Notes: generated by a model from the sequence alone, not told the origin. 45,858 nt of DNA from Deltaproteobacteria bacterium TL4 (GCA_051382335.1 JBBCAX010000095.1:1-45858), one strand, 5' to 3'; shown: positions 10,059 through 20,636, numbered from the stretch's first letter. Numbers and translations: made by a program.

Positions 10059-11858
10059 GTGAACTCGTTATTTAAAAGTTTAGGAATCTGGTTTCTCATT
10101 GGTGTTATTATGCTGGTCCTCTTTAACACCGTCGGCGTCAACCGCTCGAATGAGAAGCTCATTACGTTTTCGGAATTCCTGAGTCAAGTGAAGTCAGGAA
10201 GTATTATGGAAGTGATGATTCGGGGAGAGGAAGTGATTGCCATCAATGAAACACAAGAACGGTTTCAAACACAAGTCCCTAATTATCCGCAATTATTTGA
10301 TATTTTGAATGAAAGTCGGATCAAAGTCCGCATTGCCGCACCGGCGCAGGGCAGCCTCTTAATGGCGTTGATCAATAGCTGGCTGCCTATGATTTTTATT
10401 ATTGGAATCTGGATCTTTTTTATGCGTCAAATGCAGGGCGGGAGCAACAAAGCGATGAGTTTTGGGAAAATTCGAATACGAATGCTCGAAAAGAAGGATA
10501 ACCCGATTACCTTTAAAAATGTGGCAGGCATTGATGAATCGAAAGAAGAGCTCAGCGAGATTGTAGAATTCCTTTCTGATCCACAGAAGTTTGAAAAACT
10601 GGGTGCCGAAATTCCAAGAGGTGTCCTTTTGATGGGCAACCCCGGAACCGGGAAAACGCTCTTGGCAAAAGCGATTGCAGGTGAGGCCGAAGTTCCTTTT
10701 TTCAATATCAGTGGCTCGGATTTTGTGGAAATGTTTGTGGGGGTTGGCGCCAGTCGTGTTCGTGATCTCTTTGAGCAAGGCAAAAAATATGCGCCGTGCA
10801 TCATCTTTATCGACGAAATTGATGCGGTCGGACGAAGTCGAGGCGCGGGCTTAGGCGGCGGCAATGATGAACGAGAACAAACCTTGAATCAACTGTTGGT
10901 TGAAATGGATGGGTTTGGTACCAATGAAGGCGTCATTGTGATTGCCGCAACGAACCGTCCTGATGTCCTTGATCCCGCCTTATTGCGCCCGGGGCGTTTT
11001 GATCGACATATTGTGGTTCCTATCCCTGATATTAAAGGCCGGGAAGCCATTTTAAAAGTGCATATCGCTAATGTGGAATTAGCCAAGGGTGTGGATTTGC
11101 AAGTGATTGCTCGGGGAACTCCAGGGTTTACCGGCGCGGATTTGGGAAATCTGGTGAACGAAGCCGCACTCTGGGCCGCGCGAAATAATAAAAAAAGTGT
11201 GGAGTTGGTCGATTTTGAATATGCCAAGGATAAAGTCCTGATGGGCGCAGAACGTCGAAGTATTTTAATCTCAGAGGAGGAGAAGCGGACTACGGCTTAT
11301 CATGAGGCGGGACATGCTTTGGTCGCTGCCGCGATTCCTGAAGTGGATCCTGTCCACAAGGTTTCCATCATCCCAAGAGGTAGAGCGTTAGGCATCACTC
11401 AACTTCTGCCTATGGAAGATCGACATAGTTATAACAAAAAAACGCTTTTGGGACATATCGCCATGATTATGGGCGGTCGGGCCGCTGAACATCTCATCTT
11501 TCACCGCTTCAATACAGGGGCCAGTGATGACTTGAAAAAAGCAACGGAAATGGCCCGTAAGATGGTATGTCAATGGGGGATGAATGATACCTTAGGACCC
11601 CTTTCCTATGGTGGCAATTCAGCTCAGGTGTTTTTGGGGCGTGATTTGCAGCAGCATCAGCCTTATAGCAGTGAAACGGCACAATTGATCGATATTGAAG
11701 TCAGGAATACTTTGACGAAATGTTATGATCGGGCAAAAAACATTCTGAAGACTCATCAACAGGCCTTGGAACATTTGTCAAAGATTTTAATTGAGAAAGA
11801 AACCATTGATGGTGAAGAGGTACAACGCGCATACAAGGAGTTTGCTCCGTCAGCATAG
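10059..11858 (+). CDS. ftsH: ATP-dependent zinc metalloprotease FtsH
   Basis: Two TM segments, GNPGTGKT Walker A, IIFIDEID Walker [26 protein letters not shown] zinc motif; AAGGAG before the GTG start. Confidence 0.99.
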   Translation: MNSLFKSLGIWFLIGVIMLVLFNTVGVNRSNEKLITFSEFLSQVKSGSIMEVMIRGEEVIAINETQERFQTQVPNYPQLFDILNESRIKVRIAAPAQGSLLMALINSWLPMIFIIGIWIFFMRQMQGGSNKAMSFGKIRIRMLEKKDNPITFKNVAGIDESKEELSEIVEFLSDPQKFEKLGAEIPRGVLLMGNPGTGKTLLAKAIAGEAEVPFFNISGSDFVEMFVGVGASRVRDLFEQGKKYAPCIIFIDEIDAVGRSRGAGLGGGNDEREQTLNQLLVEMDGFGTNEGVIVIAATNRPDVLDPALLRPGRFDRHIVVPIPDIKGREAILKVHIANVELAKGVDLQVIARGTPGFTGADLGNLVNEAALWAARNNKKSVELVDFEYAKDKVLMGAERRSILISEEEKRTTAYHEAGHALVAAAIPEVDPVHKVSIIPRGRALGITQLLPMEDRHSYNKKTLLGHIAMIMGGRAAEHLIFHRFNTGASDDLKKATEMARKMVCQWGMNDTLGPLSYGGNSAQVFLGRDLQQHQPYSSETAQLIDIEVRNTLTKCYDRAKNILKTHQQALEHLSKILIEKETIDGEEVQRAYKEFAPSA

Positions 11859-11924
11859 AAAATTTCTTTAGGGTTGTGGGAAAATGGTTAGTAGAAAAAT
11901 TGATATAAACTTTAATACTCGTAG

Positions 11925-12797
11925 ATGCAAATGATGCTCTTCTTCGAAAGTCTGAACTTACAGTGGGAAGATCTCCTGGATGTCGCGCTGTTGACTACTA
12001 TTTTTTATCGGATTCTTTTGCTCATCAAAGGGACAAGGGCGATACCGATGTTGATGGGATTTGCTCTGTTACTGGCCTTGTACATGGTATCACGATTACT
12101 TCAATTGGAAGCGATAGGAATGCTTTTGGATACCCTCGCAAAATCAATTGTGTTAGTCCTTGTGGTTTTATTTCAATCGGATATTCGTAATGCTCTTGCC
12201 CAATTTGGTTTAGTGGCCTTGTTTCGGGACTCTTCTGGAGAACTCAAAAAAGATATTGTGGATCATTCTCTTCAGGCTTGTATGATTATGGCGCGTCAGA
12301 GGATTGGAGCCTTGATTGTTTTTGAGCGGGATGTCGGCTTGCGTAATTTTATTGAGCGAGGCACCCCTATTGATGGGGTATTGAGTGAAGGCGTTTTGCT
12401 GAGTATTTTCCATCCAACCTCTCCCTTGCATGATGGCGCGGTGATTGTGACGCGGAAAGGACGGATCGGCTCAGCACGGTCCATTCTGCCTGTCTCGATG
12501 AATAGTAAATTAAGCCCTGTTTTGGGAACTCGTCATCGAGCGGCAATCGGGCTTACTGAAGAAACGGATGCCGTGGTGCTGGTGGTTTCTGAAGAGCGAA
12601 GCCAAATCAGTCTGTGTTTTAAAGGGGAACTCATCAAAGAGTCCCGAGAAAATATCAAACAAGTTTTATTTGACCTTTTGGTAGGGAAGACTTCTGGCGC
12701 TTTGGAGGTCAACTCTGAGCATAAAATCGAACAAAACCAAGATTCTGAATCTCGTTCATCCTCATCCGAACCCATAGCCACAGAATCGACGGTTTGA
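11925..12797 (+). CDS. cdaA: Diadenylate cyclase CdaA/DacA
   Basis: Three N-terminal TM helices, intact LHDGA and GTRHRAA motifs; followed by a YbbR gene. Confidence 0.96.
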   Translation: MQMMLFFESLNLQWEDLLDVALLTTIFYRILLLIKGTRAIPMLMGFALLLALYMVSRLLQLEAIGMLLDTLAKSIVLVLVVLFQSDIRNALAQFGLVALFRDSSGELKKDIVDHSLQACMIMARQRIGALIVFERDVGLRNFIERGTPIDGVLSEGVLLSIFHPTSPLHDGAVIVTRKGRIGSARSILPVSMNSKLSPVLGTRHRAAIGLTEETDAVVLVVSEERSQISLCFKGELIKESRENIKQVLFDLLVGKTSGALEVNSEHKIEQNQDSESRSSSSEPIATESTV

Positions 12798-12840
12798 AGG
12801 CAGTTCGATACATCAAAACGTCCTTTATATGTTGTAATCA

Positions 12841-13830
12841 ATGACGAAGAATCTCTCTTTTAAACTACTTGCGTTGTTTTTGGCTGTTTTTGTTTGGTAT
12901 TTGGCAAAACAAAACGCGGAACCCACAGAATTTAGTTTTTTTATCCCGATTGTTTTCAAACAACTGCCGGATGGATTGCAAATCACTTCTGCTCCCCCGC
13001 CTTTAGTGAACGTAATCGCACATACCACAAAACGCAGGAAAGATGCTTTTAAAACGAGTGATGTCCAAATAGTATTGGATTTGCACAATTTTACGGAAGG
13101 ACGATATCAGTACACGCTCACCCAGGATAATGTGCTGGCTCCCCGCGAGGTTGAAGTAGAAATCATTTCCCCGACACAAGTGGTCATTACCACTGAAAAA
13201 GTGGTTGAAAAGACCTTAGAGATTGAGCCCCGGTATCATGGACAGTTGAGGAAAGGGTATGTGCTCCAGAACATTGAGATGTTGCCGAGTAAAGTCAGAG
13301 TTCGAGGACCTCAGTCCATTTTCACCGCCTTGCAAACCATTTTTACGACTGAGATTGATCTGACCGATTTAAACAGCTCCATTGACATGGTGGTTCAACT
13401 GGATTTACCAGACAAAAATTTGCAAGTTATGAGTCAGAATATTGATTTTTATACGGCAAGAATTATTGTCCGGAGTCGTTCTGTCAAGAGAGTCTTTAAG
13501 CGAATTCCCATTTATTTAAGGAATGAAAATTTTATCAGTATTCACAATCCCAAGACTTACAACCTTTTTTTAGAAGGGCCTGAAGATCTGATTGATAATT
13601 TGAATCTTCCGGAGCTTTACGGATATATTGATCTGGACGATTATGAACCTGGGACCTATAAGGTAGAGCCCAAAACGTTTTTACCAAACCCTGAAATCAA
13701 GATCTTGGAACAATGGCCTTATGTGTCCTTGTGGGTTAAATCTCAAAAGGTCCCACCCGGCACACAAAATGAGGGAGTTCCTCAGCCAAAGGTTGAGGCT
13801 CCAAAATCAAAGGTTGAGGCTCCAAAATAG
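12841..13830 (+). CDS. cdaR: YbbR-domain protein (CdaR)
   Basis: N-terminal KLLALFLAVFVW anchor, PSKVRVRGP YbbR-type motif, position directly after cdaA. Confidence 0.9.
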   Translation: MTKNLSFKLLALFLAVFVWYLAKQNAEPTEFSFFIPIVFKQLPDGLQITSAPPPLVNVIAHTTKRRKDAFKTSDVQIVLDLHNFTEGRYQYTLTQDNVLAPREVEVEIISPTQVVITTEKVVEKTLEIEPRYHGQLRKGYVLQNIEMLPSKVRVRGPQSIFTALQTIFTTEIDLTDLNSSIDMVVQLDLPDKNLQVMSQNIDFYTARIIVRSRSVKRVFKRIPIYLRNENFISIHNPKTYNLFLEGPEDLIDNLNLPELYGYIDLDDYEPGTYKVEPKTFLPNPEIKILEQWPYVSLWVKSQKVPPGTQNEGVPQPKVEAPKSKVEAPK

Positions 13831-13841
13831 AAAAGGAAACC

Positions 13842-14579
13842 ATGATAGCCTTACATATCAATGTCGATCATGTCGCAACGTTACGTCAGGCTCGTCAAAT
13901 ACGAGAACCTGATCCTGTGACGGCGGCTGCGCTTGCGGAATTGGCAGGGGCTCAGGGCATTACGGTGCATTTACGTGAAGATCGGCGTCATATTCAGGAT
14001 CGCGATGTTCGTGTCTTGCGTGAAACCGTGCAAACACGCTTGAATTTAGAAATGGCCGCAACGCTGGCGATGTTTGAGATGGCACTGGATCTCAGGCCGG
14101 AGATGGTGACACTCGTTCCTGAAAAACGGGAAGAAATTACGACAGAGGGCGGGCTGGATGTGGTTAAGGCCTCCACGGTCACACGAGAAGGTATTGAGCG
14201 GTTAAAGCAGCAAAATATTCGAGTGAGTTTATTCATTGATCCTGAACCTGCTCAAATTGAAGCGAGTGAGGCCATTGGGGCCGATGATGTGGAACTTCAT
14301 ACAGGAAGTTATGCGAACGCTTTGGATGATTCTCAGCGAGAACAGGAATTACAGCGATTGATTGAAGCGGCGTATTATGCGCATCAACATCAACTTCAAG
14401 TCAATGCGGGACATGGACTTAACTATGTCAATACACAGGCCATTTGTCATTTACCTTACTTACGAGAATTGAATATTGGACATAGTATTATCAGTCGTTC
14501 GGTATTTGTGGGAATCAAAACTGCTGTTCAGGAAATGTTAAGTTTGATCAAAGAAAGTTATTTGGAAAAAATCAAATGA
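13842..14579 (+). CDS. pdxJ: Pyridoxine 5'-phosphate synthase
   Basis: NVDHVATLRQAR, GITVHLREDRRHI, ELHTG, NAGHGL, ELNIGHSI. Confidence 0.99.
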   Translation: MIALHINVDHVATLRQARQIREPDPVTAAALAELAGAQGITVHLREDRRHIQDRDVRVLRETVQTRLNLEMAATLAMFEMALDLRPEMVTLVPEKREEITTEGGLDVVKASTVTREGIERLKQQNIRVSLFIDPEPAQIEASEAIGADDVELHTGSYANALDDSQREQELQRLIEAAYYAHQHQLQVNAGHGLNYVNTQAICHLPYLRELNIGHSIISRSVFVGIKTAVQEMLSLIKESYLEKIK

Positions 14580-14614
14580 TCATTGCCTGACGGCGTCACC
14601 TTTATAATGATTTT

Positions 14615-16105
14615 ATGTCAAAAGATATTATTATTAATTACTCACCTCACGAAACACGTGTTGCTGTGATCGAAGATGGACTGCTTTCGGAATTGCATTA
14701 CGAACGTGAAAAAGAGCGTCGAATCGTTGGAAATATTTACAAAGGGAAAGTGTTGAAAGTCCTCCCTGGAATGGAATCCGCCTTCATTGATATTGGTGAG
14801 GAGCGGGCTGCTTTTTTGTATGTGGATGATGTCATCCCTGAAGCGGCCTTGGATGGTTGGGATGTGGATTCTGAACGTAAAAAAGAAAGCAAGAAGGAAC
14901 CTAAAACGCCGATTGAGGACTTATTAAAAGAAGGCGAAGACGTTTTGGTGCAAGTGTCGAAAGGCCCGATTATGACGAAGGGTGCCCGTATCACCAGCCA
15001 TGTTTCATTACCAGGACGCAACCTGGTTTTTATGCCGTTAGGAACGATGCTTGGGGTTTCCAGACAGATTACAGATGATGCGGAGCGTCAGCGTTTAAAA
15101 AGCATTGTGAATCAATTGAAACCTGAAATGGGAGGCTTCATTATTCGAACGGTTGCGGAAGGCAGAGACGAGGAGGACTTGCATTCAGATATCAACTATT
15201 TGGTTTCTTTATGGGATGACATTTTAAAAAAGTATCAACAGACGGAAGCCCCCTCGTTGCTTCATACCGATCTCAATGTGATCTTCAGAACCATTCGTGA
15301 TGTCCTTTCAAGCGACGTTCGGAAGCTGATCATTGACCATCAATCCCAATTTAAAGATGTCACCAAGTTCGTCAAGTCCTTTCTTCCCCGGTATTACTCG
15401 CAAATCGAATATTTCTCCCGAAATGTACCGATTTTTGATCATTATGGCATTGAGTCAGAAATTGATCGGGCCTTGGGGCAAAAAGTCTGGCTGCCTTCAG
15501 GAGGTTATTTGGTGATTGATCAGACGGAAGCCTTAACCGCCGTTGATGTGAATACAGGGCGTTTTGTCGGAAAACAAAGCCATGAACAAACGATTCTAAA
15601 AACGAATCTTGAAGCCGCCGAAGAATTGGTTTATCAGCTTCAATTAAGGAATATTGGCGGCATCATCATCATTGATTTCATCGATATGGAAATGGCTCAG
15701 CACCGTCAAATGGTCTATCAAGCGCTTAAAGATCATTTACGGAATGACAAAGCTCGCAGTAAAATCTTACAGATCAGTGAAATGGGGCTGGTTGAAATGA
15801 CTCGTAAACGAGATCGGGAGAATTTGGGGCGATACCTCTGTGATCCGTGTCCTTATTGCGAAGGGAAAGGGCAGATCAAATCATTAACCACTGTGAGTTA
15901 TGAAATCTTTAGAGAAATTTATCGCAGCTGCAATTCCAATGGCAAAGGCTCTCTGGTTATTTTTGTGAGCCCTGACCTGTACGAGTATCTGCAATCTGAA
16001 GAGTTGGTGGCTATCCGTGGGATTGAAAAAGATATTAATCAGACGGTTACGTTTAAAGTATCCGTGGAGTTACATCACGAACAATTTGAAATTTATGCAT
16101 ATTGA
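14615..16105 (+). CDS. rng: Ribonuclease G (Rne/Rng family)
   Basis: VGNIYKGKV S1 start, TEALTAVDVNTG, LRNIGGIIIIDFIDM, CPYCEGKG; no RNase E C-terminal tail. Confidence 0.95.
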   Translation: MSKDIIINYSPHETRVAVIEDGLLSELHYEREKERRIVGNIYKGKVLKVLPGMESAFIDIGEERAAFLYVDDVIPEAALDGWDVDSERKKESKKEPKTPIEDLLKEGEDVLVQVSKGPIMTKGARITSHVSLPGRNLVFMPLGTMLGVSRQITDDAERQRLKSIVNQLKPEMGGFIIRTVAEGRDEEDLHSDINYLVSLWDDILKKYQQTEAPSLLHTDLNVIFRTIRDVLSSDVRKLIIDHQSQFKDVTKFVKSFLPRYYSQIEYFSRNVPIFDHYGIESEIDRALGQKVWLPSGGYLVIDQTEALTAVDVNTGRFVGKQSHEQTILKTNLEAAEELVYQLQLRNIGGIIIIDFIDMEMAQHRQMVYQALKDHLRNDKARSKILQISEMGLVEMTRKRDRENLGRYLCDPCPYCEGKGQIKSLTTVSYEIFREIYRSCNSNGKGSLVIFVSPDLYEYLQSEELVAIRGIEKDINQTVTFKVSVELHHEQFEIYAY

Positions 16106-16114
16106 GAGTTTTGC

Positions 16115-16843
16115 ATGACGGCTACTAATTTTATAAATAACTTACAAACGCGTATCATTGAAAATCCCTATCCGGGACGTGGAATCATCCTGGGAAAGAA
16201 CGAAGAGGGGCGTTGGTGTCAGGTTTATTGGATCATGGGACGGAGCGAAAATAGTCGCAATCGGATTTTTAAATATGAGGATGACGTCCTTCATACCGAG
16301 GCGGCGGAACCCTCAAAGGTCAAAGACCCTTCCTTGATTATTTATAATGCGATGCGTGTTGAAAATCAACAGTTTGTCGTAACCAATGGCAGTCAGACCG
16401 ATGTGATTGTAGAAGGCCTTCGAAAAAGCAAAACCTTTCAAAGCGCGTTACTCAGTCAAAAGCATGAACCGGATACTCCCAACTTCACCCCCAGGATCTC
16501 AGGATACCTGGATCTAAGAGATGGGGTGGGGCAAGCCTGGTTATCCATCATCAAAGCGTCCCCGCTGAACTCGGATCATTCGGAATACCACTTCTTTCAT
16601 TATCCCTACATCCCGTCAGGGTACGGGTATGCGGTGACGACTTATCAAAATGATGGGAATCCCCTACCTCCTTTTGAGGGGGCGCCTATGATTTTGGAAC
16701 TTCAAGGCAATGCGGCCCAGATTGCGCAAACGTACTGGAACGCCTTGAACGATGAAAATAAAATTTCCATTGCGGTTCTTCAAATTCATCCCACGGGGCA
16801 ATACCCTGAAGTCTTTATGATCAACAAGTATTGTGCTGCTTGA
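16115..16843 (+). CDS. IMP cyclohydrolase-like protein (PurO-like Ntn-hydrolase fold)
   Basis: YPGRGI, YWIMGRSENSRNR, DPSLIIY, VTNGSQTD, EPD.PNFTPRISG. Confidence 0.88.
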   Translation: MTATNFINNLQTRIIENPYPGRGIILGKNEEGRWCQVYWIMGRSENSRNRIFKYEDDVLHTEAAEPSKVKDPSLIIYNAMRVENQQFVVTNGSQTDVIVEGLRKSKTFQSALLSQKHEPDTPNFTPRISGYLDLRDGVGQAWLSIIKASPLNSDHSEYHFFHYPYIPSGYGYAVTTYQNDGNPLPPFEGAPMILELQGNAAQIAQTYWNALNDENKISIAVLQIHPTGQYPEVFMINKYCAA

Positions 16844-16852
16844 GGTTCTGGG

Positions 16853-19800
16853 TCATTTGACCTTTGCCACAACGAGCGTGAGATCATCTTCCGGCGGAAC
16901 TTCTCCATAGAATTCGAAAGCATTTTCGACAATCCGATCTTTGATTTGGATAGCGTTTCTCCCCTCTGAGGAACGAATGATTTGTCGAAGCCGTCGTATG
17001 CCGAATTCTTCTCCATGATGGTTGAAGTTTTCGATCAATCCATCTGTATACCAGATGATGACATCATCCGTTTTCAGGTCCAGTGTTTTTACTTCATAGG
17101 TGAGTCCTGGATTATGTCCAATGAAGGATCCCCTGGTACTCAAATCAAGCATACTTTTGGCTACGGCCTTTCCTCCTCGATCGGTTGTAAACCCTGAAGG
17201 CCTCCAGATGAGGCAGGGGTTATGTGCCGCGCTGGCGTAGACCAGTTGCTTTTTTTGAAGGTCTATCAGGGAATAAAACATGGTCATATGATATAACTTG
17301 CCGGTTGTGGAGCAAAGGATGTTGTTCATGAGTTCCAGAAAATAACCAGGACGCATCAAGAAGGGACTTGGTTGATTCATGGATAAGGCCATCTGTTGCT
17401 GTTCATCCAAAGCGCAATAGGCACTTTCGACCATGGCCGTAACTAACGCAGCCGGAATTCCGTGACCGGTCACATCGCCAATCACAAGGTCCAGCTTATT
17501 CAATTTTTCATCATATCGAAAATTATACCAATCCCCCCCTGTTTCTGCCGCGGATTTGTAGAAGCTTGCGACTTCCAAGTCTTTTAAGAGGGGATCAGAT
17601 TCTGGAATAAGCATCTCTTGCACTGTTTGTGCGGTTTCCATTTCAATGCCCAAGCGTTCCGCTTCTTTCATGCTTTCTGCCGCTTCTTTTACTCGTATAT
17701 GCGTTTGTAAGCGTGCAAAGAGTTCTTCTTTCTGAAAAGGTTTGGTCAGATAGTCATTAGCGCCACAACGAAAACCTTCAACGAGATCATCAACTTGATT
17801 TTTGGCGGTGAGCATAATGATCGGCAGTTCCACACCCTCAAAGGTTTCTCTGATTTTGGTACAGACTTCATAACCACTCATCCGAGGCATCATCAAATCT
17901 AAAAGGATCAGATCGGGGACTTCTTTTTTGAGGATACTTAGGGCTTCAAACCCATCTGCCGCCGATAAAACTTGATAGTCCTTCAAGGATAACTGATTTT
18001 TCAAAACTTGAATGTTTACGGGCTCATCATCAACAACCAGAACCGTTCTTTGTTTCTTTTTTGGTTTGTCATGCGAGGTTTTAGCGATAGGCTTATGATC
18101 CTTTGTAGCGTTCTCTTCTTCAGCAGAGGCGGATGCTTTTGTTTCTGGTTGCGGCTCGATTGGATTCGTGTCGGAGACACTTGTGGGAACCGCTAAAGTG
18201 GCGATTGGAATAACACGTTTTATGGTCAGAGGCGCTTGATTTTCAGATCGTGCGATAGTGAATGAGAACGTTGAACCCACACCCACTTCGCTTTGTACCT
18301 CAACCGTTCCTTCATGAAGCTCAACTAATTGTTTCGTAATGGTCAGACCCAGTCCTGTGCCTCCGTACTCACGGGCGGTAGAGCCATCACCCTGTTCGAA
18401 AGAGCGGAAAATTTGCTGGTGCAGTTCTTTACGAACACCAATACCCGTATCTTTAATCAGAATCCGAAGTCGATGGCCCTCTTCTTTTGCCTCAACCGCA
18501 ACCTGACCTTTATTAGTGAACTTAATTCCATTTCCTATTAAATTTTGTAAGATTTGCTGTAAGCGATTATCATCCACATAAGCTAAAGGAAAAGACTCAG
18601 GCACATTATTAATCAGTTTGATACCTTTAGGAGCGGCCAAAGGTTGTGAGATAGCAAGGATGAGATCCACCGCACTCTTGAGATCCACGCGTTCCAACTT
18701 AAGTTCCAGTTGGTGTTTTTGTAGCTTGGAAAAGTCCAAAATATCATTGACCAGGCTTGAGAGTCGCTTCCCACTGCGGATAATCATTTTCATATTTTCC
18801 GCTTGAATCTCATTCACCTCACCGCCTGTTCCATCCAGCAAGGACTCGGTCAAACCGATGATTCCATTTAACGGCGTTCTTAATTCATGGGAGGTATTCG
18901 CCAGAAATTCGTCTTTTAGTTTATCCATTTGTCTTAGGCGTTCGTTGCTGCTTTCCAAATCTTCATTCATGATCTGGACATCTTTCAACAACTTTCTATT
19001 TTGAAGAAAAGTGTTGGCAAACAGGTTACTGCAGTACCAGAGGATGCAGATGGTTGCGATCAAAGAGCCAAAAAACATTAAGGCAATGGATTCTATTTCG
19101 CCAAGAGCCAGCAACATGTCCTGAGCACCTGCCGCGACTTGGATAATCTCTCCAAACAGGATGATTCCCGCACCGGCACGTTTCTGTAGCAGGCCCCGCA
19201 CCAGCATGTACCAAATATGCATTCCTAAAAAGAAGGTGTGTAAAAACCATATCACGCGAACTTTTTGAAAGAGATCCAGCCTAAAATCGAATAAGAAGTA
19301 AATGAAGATACAGGCCTGTATTCCAACCAGAATTCCATTGATCCAGGTAAATTTAGGATAAAATTTATAGAAAAACTGGCAGAAATAATGATGGAGTGCC
19401 GCTGCGGTGGTGATTCCTAAATAGTGTAATAAAAGCAACTGCTCTGGTGGAAAAAAAGTAATCCAGACATCACCTGGTGCGGCATAAAAAGGATACACTG
19501 CTATTCCAGAAAGAGCCGCGATTAAGTAGAGTGAATATCGGGTTTTGAGATAAACCAACAGGAAGAATAAGCCAAATAACAGAATCACATGCGCGGAGAA
19601 CTGTCGAAATTCACCTCCCCAGAAATGAAAGAAGGACAAACCTATGTCATGTTCCTGATATTTTCGAATTTGAAAAGGTAATTGATAAACGCCTACCATT
19701 AAAACCGTATCAACACGGAAGGTCAAAACATGGCGGGGTTGAGTGATTTTAAATCGAATGGGAATCGGTTGGACTGAAAAATAGCGCTTTCCTGTTTTGG

Positions 19801-20212
19801 TGTTCCCTCTTTCGAAGATGGGTTCTCCGTCCAAGTAAACGTGTGTTGCCGCCATATAGGTGTCCACTAAAAAGACAGCTTCGGTATTTATCAGTTCAGG
19901 TGCAAATTCAATAACCCCCCGATACCAACCCACTCTGAAGTTCTTTTTATCAGCATACGCTTTTTTCCAGGGACCCGGCGTATTGACTAATTTCCAGTCA
20001 GAGGTATCCAGGTTCACCTCTTTGTTCTCAAGATGGTCTCCCCTTGTAAATTGCCACATTCCCGCCAAGCTAAAGGGCTCTTCCAGTGAGTTGATGACGA
20101 ACTGACAAGAGTCACAAGTTATCGGTTCTGTGGATTCTTTCGCATACGAGTGTGTCACTGCAATGCTTAAAAATAAAAGTGTAGATACAAACAGCTTGAG
20201 CACATGGTTCAT
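16853..20212 (-). CDS. Hybrid sensor: periplasmic sugar-binding-like domain, 7TM region, HisKA/HATPase, REC and PP2C (SpoIIE-type) phosphatase
   Basis: Signal peptide, about 7 hydrophobic helices, TSHELRTPLNG, NGIKFT/DTGIG/GGTGLGL, VVDDEP..LLDLMMP..KPF, GGDWY/GDVTGHG/YTDG/DDLT. Confidence 0.93.
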   Translation of the reverse strand: MNHVLKLFVSTLLFLSIAVTHSYAKESTEPITCDSCQFVINSLEEPFSLAGMWQFTRGDHLENKEVNLDTSDWKLVNTPGPWKKAYADKKNFRVGWYRGVIEFAPELINTEAVFLVDTYMAATHVYLDGEPIFERGNTKTGKRYFSVQPIPIRFKITQPRHVLTFRVDTVLMVGVYQLPFQIRKYQEHDIGLSFFHFWGGEFRQFSAHVILLFGLFFLLVYLKTRYSLYLIAALSGIAVYPFYAAPGDVWITFFPPEQLLLLHYLGITTAAALHHYFCQFFYKFYPKFTWINGILVGIQACIFIYFLFDFRLDLFQKVRVIWFLHTFFLGMHIWYMLVRGLLQKRAGAGIILFGEIIQVAAGAQDMLLALGEIESIALMFFGSLIATICILWYCSNLFANTFLQNRKLLKDVQIMNEDLESSNERLRQMDKLKDEFLANTSHELRTPLNGIIGLTESLLDGTGGEVNEIQAENMKMIIRSGKRLSSLVNDILDFSKLQKHQLELKLERVDLKSAVDLILAISQPLAAPKGIKLINNVPESFPLAYVDDNRLQQILQNLIGNGIKFTNKGQVAVEAKEEGHRLRILIKDTGIGVRKELHQQIFRSFEQGDGSTAREYGGTGLGLTITKQLVELHEGTVEVQSEVGVGSTFSFTIARSENQAPLTIKRVIPIATLAVPTSVSDTNPIEPQPETKASASAEEENATKDHKPIAKTSHDKPKKKQRTVLVVDDEPVNIQVLKNQLSLKDYQVLSAADGFEALSILKKEVPDLILLDLMMPRMSGYEVCTKIRETFEGVELPIIMLTAKNQVDDLVEGFRCGANDYLTKPFQKEELFARLQTHIRVKEAAESMKEAERLGIEMETAQTVQEMLIPESDPLLKDLEVASFYKSAAETGGDWYNFRYDEKLNKLDLVIGDVTGHGIPAALVTAMVESAYCALDEQQQMALSMNQPSPFLMRPGYFLELMNNILCSTTGKLYHMTMFYSLIDLQKKQLVYASAAHNPCLIWRPSGFTTDRGGKAVAKSMLDLSTRGSFIGHNPGLTYEVKTLDLKTDDVIIWYTDGLIENFNHHGEEFGIRRLRQIIRSSEGRNAIQIKDRIVENAFEFYGEVPPEDDLTLVVAKVK

Positions 20213-20296
20213 AATTCCTTAGGGGATGAAGAATTGGGGTAGAAAGGCGTCAGATTGACTCACTATTCTTCCTTTAACAATTGCTATTGCTTTTGT

Positions 20297-20636
20297 CTAT
20301 AGACGTTTATTTAAATAAATTCATTGGAGTCTAACCTAGGAGGCTGTCCGAAAATGGGTTGTAGGGTGCCGCTTAAGCGAAGCGAGCGCACCAGAAAGTT
20401 GCTGTCCCCTTATTTGTGGTGCGCTCGCTTCGCTTAAGCGGCACCTTACTATGCTCAACTTCTATTCTCGGATAGTCTCCTGGACTGTGGAGTGCCAAAG
20501 CTTGCTTTGGCCAAATCCAAAGAAAGGCCTTCGCCTTTCTGGTCAAAGCAAGCTTTGGTACTCCTGAAACAGCGTTATTTCAACAGATCACGCGACAGGA
20601 TGAGTTTTCTGAATTTATTTAAACGAACCTCTATAG
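20297..20636. mobile_element. MITE-like element, shell family C, containing a GGAG-type hairpin doublet and a nested second element
   Basis: Ends CTATAGACGTTTATTTAAATAAATTCA / TGAATTTATTTAAACGAACCTCTATAG; homologous in reverse orientation to 36042-36226. Confidence 0.8.
20336..20483. mobile_element. Nested MITE-like element (shell D) carrying a GTAG-type REP doublet
   Basis: Imperfect TIR CTAGGAGGCTGTCCGAAAAT / ATTCTCGGATAGTCTCCTGG around GTAGGGTGCCGCTTAAGCGAAGCGAGCGCACC and its inverse; segment absent from the sister copy at 36042-36226. Confidence 0.8.
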
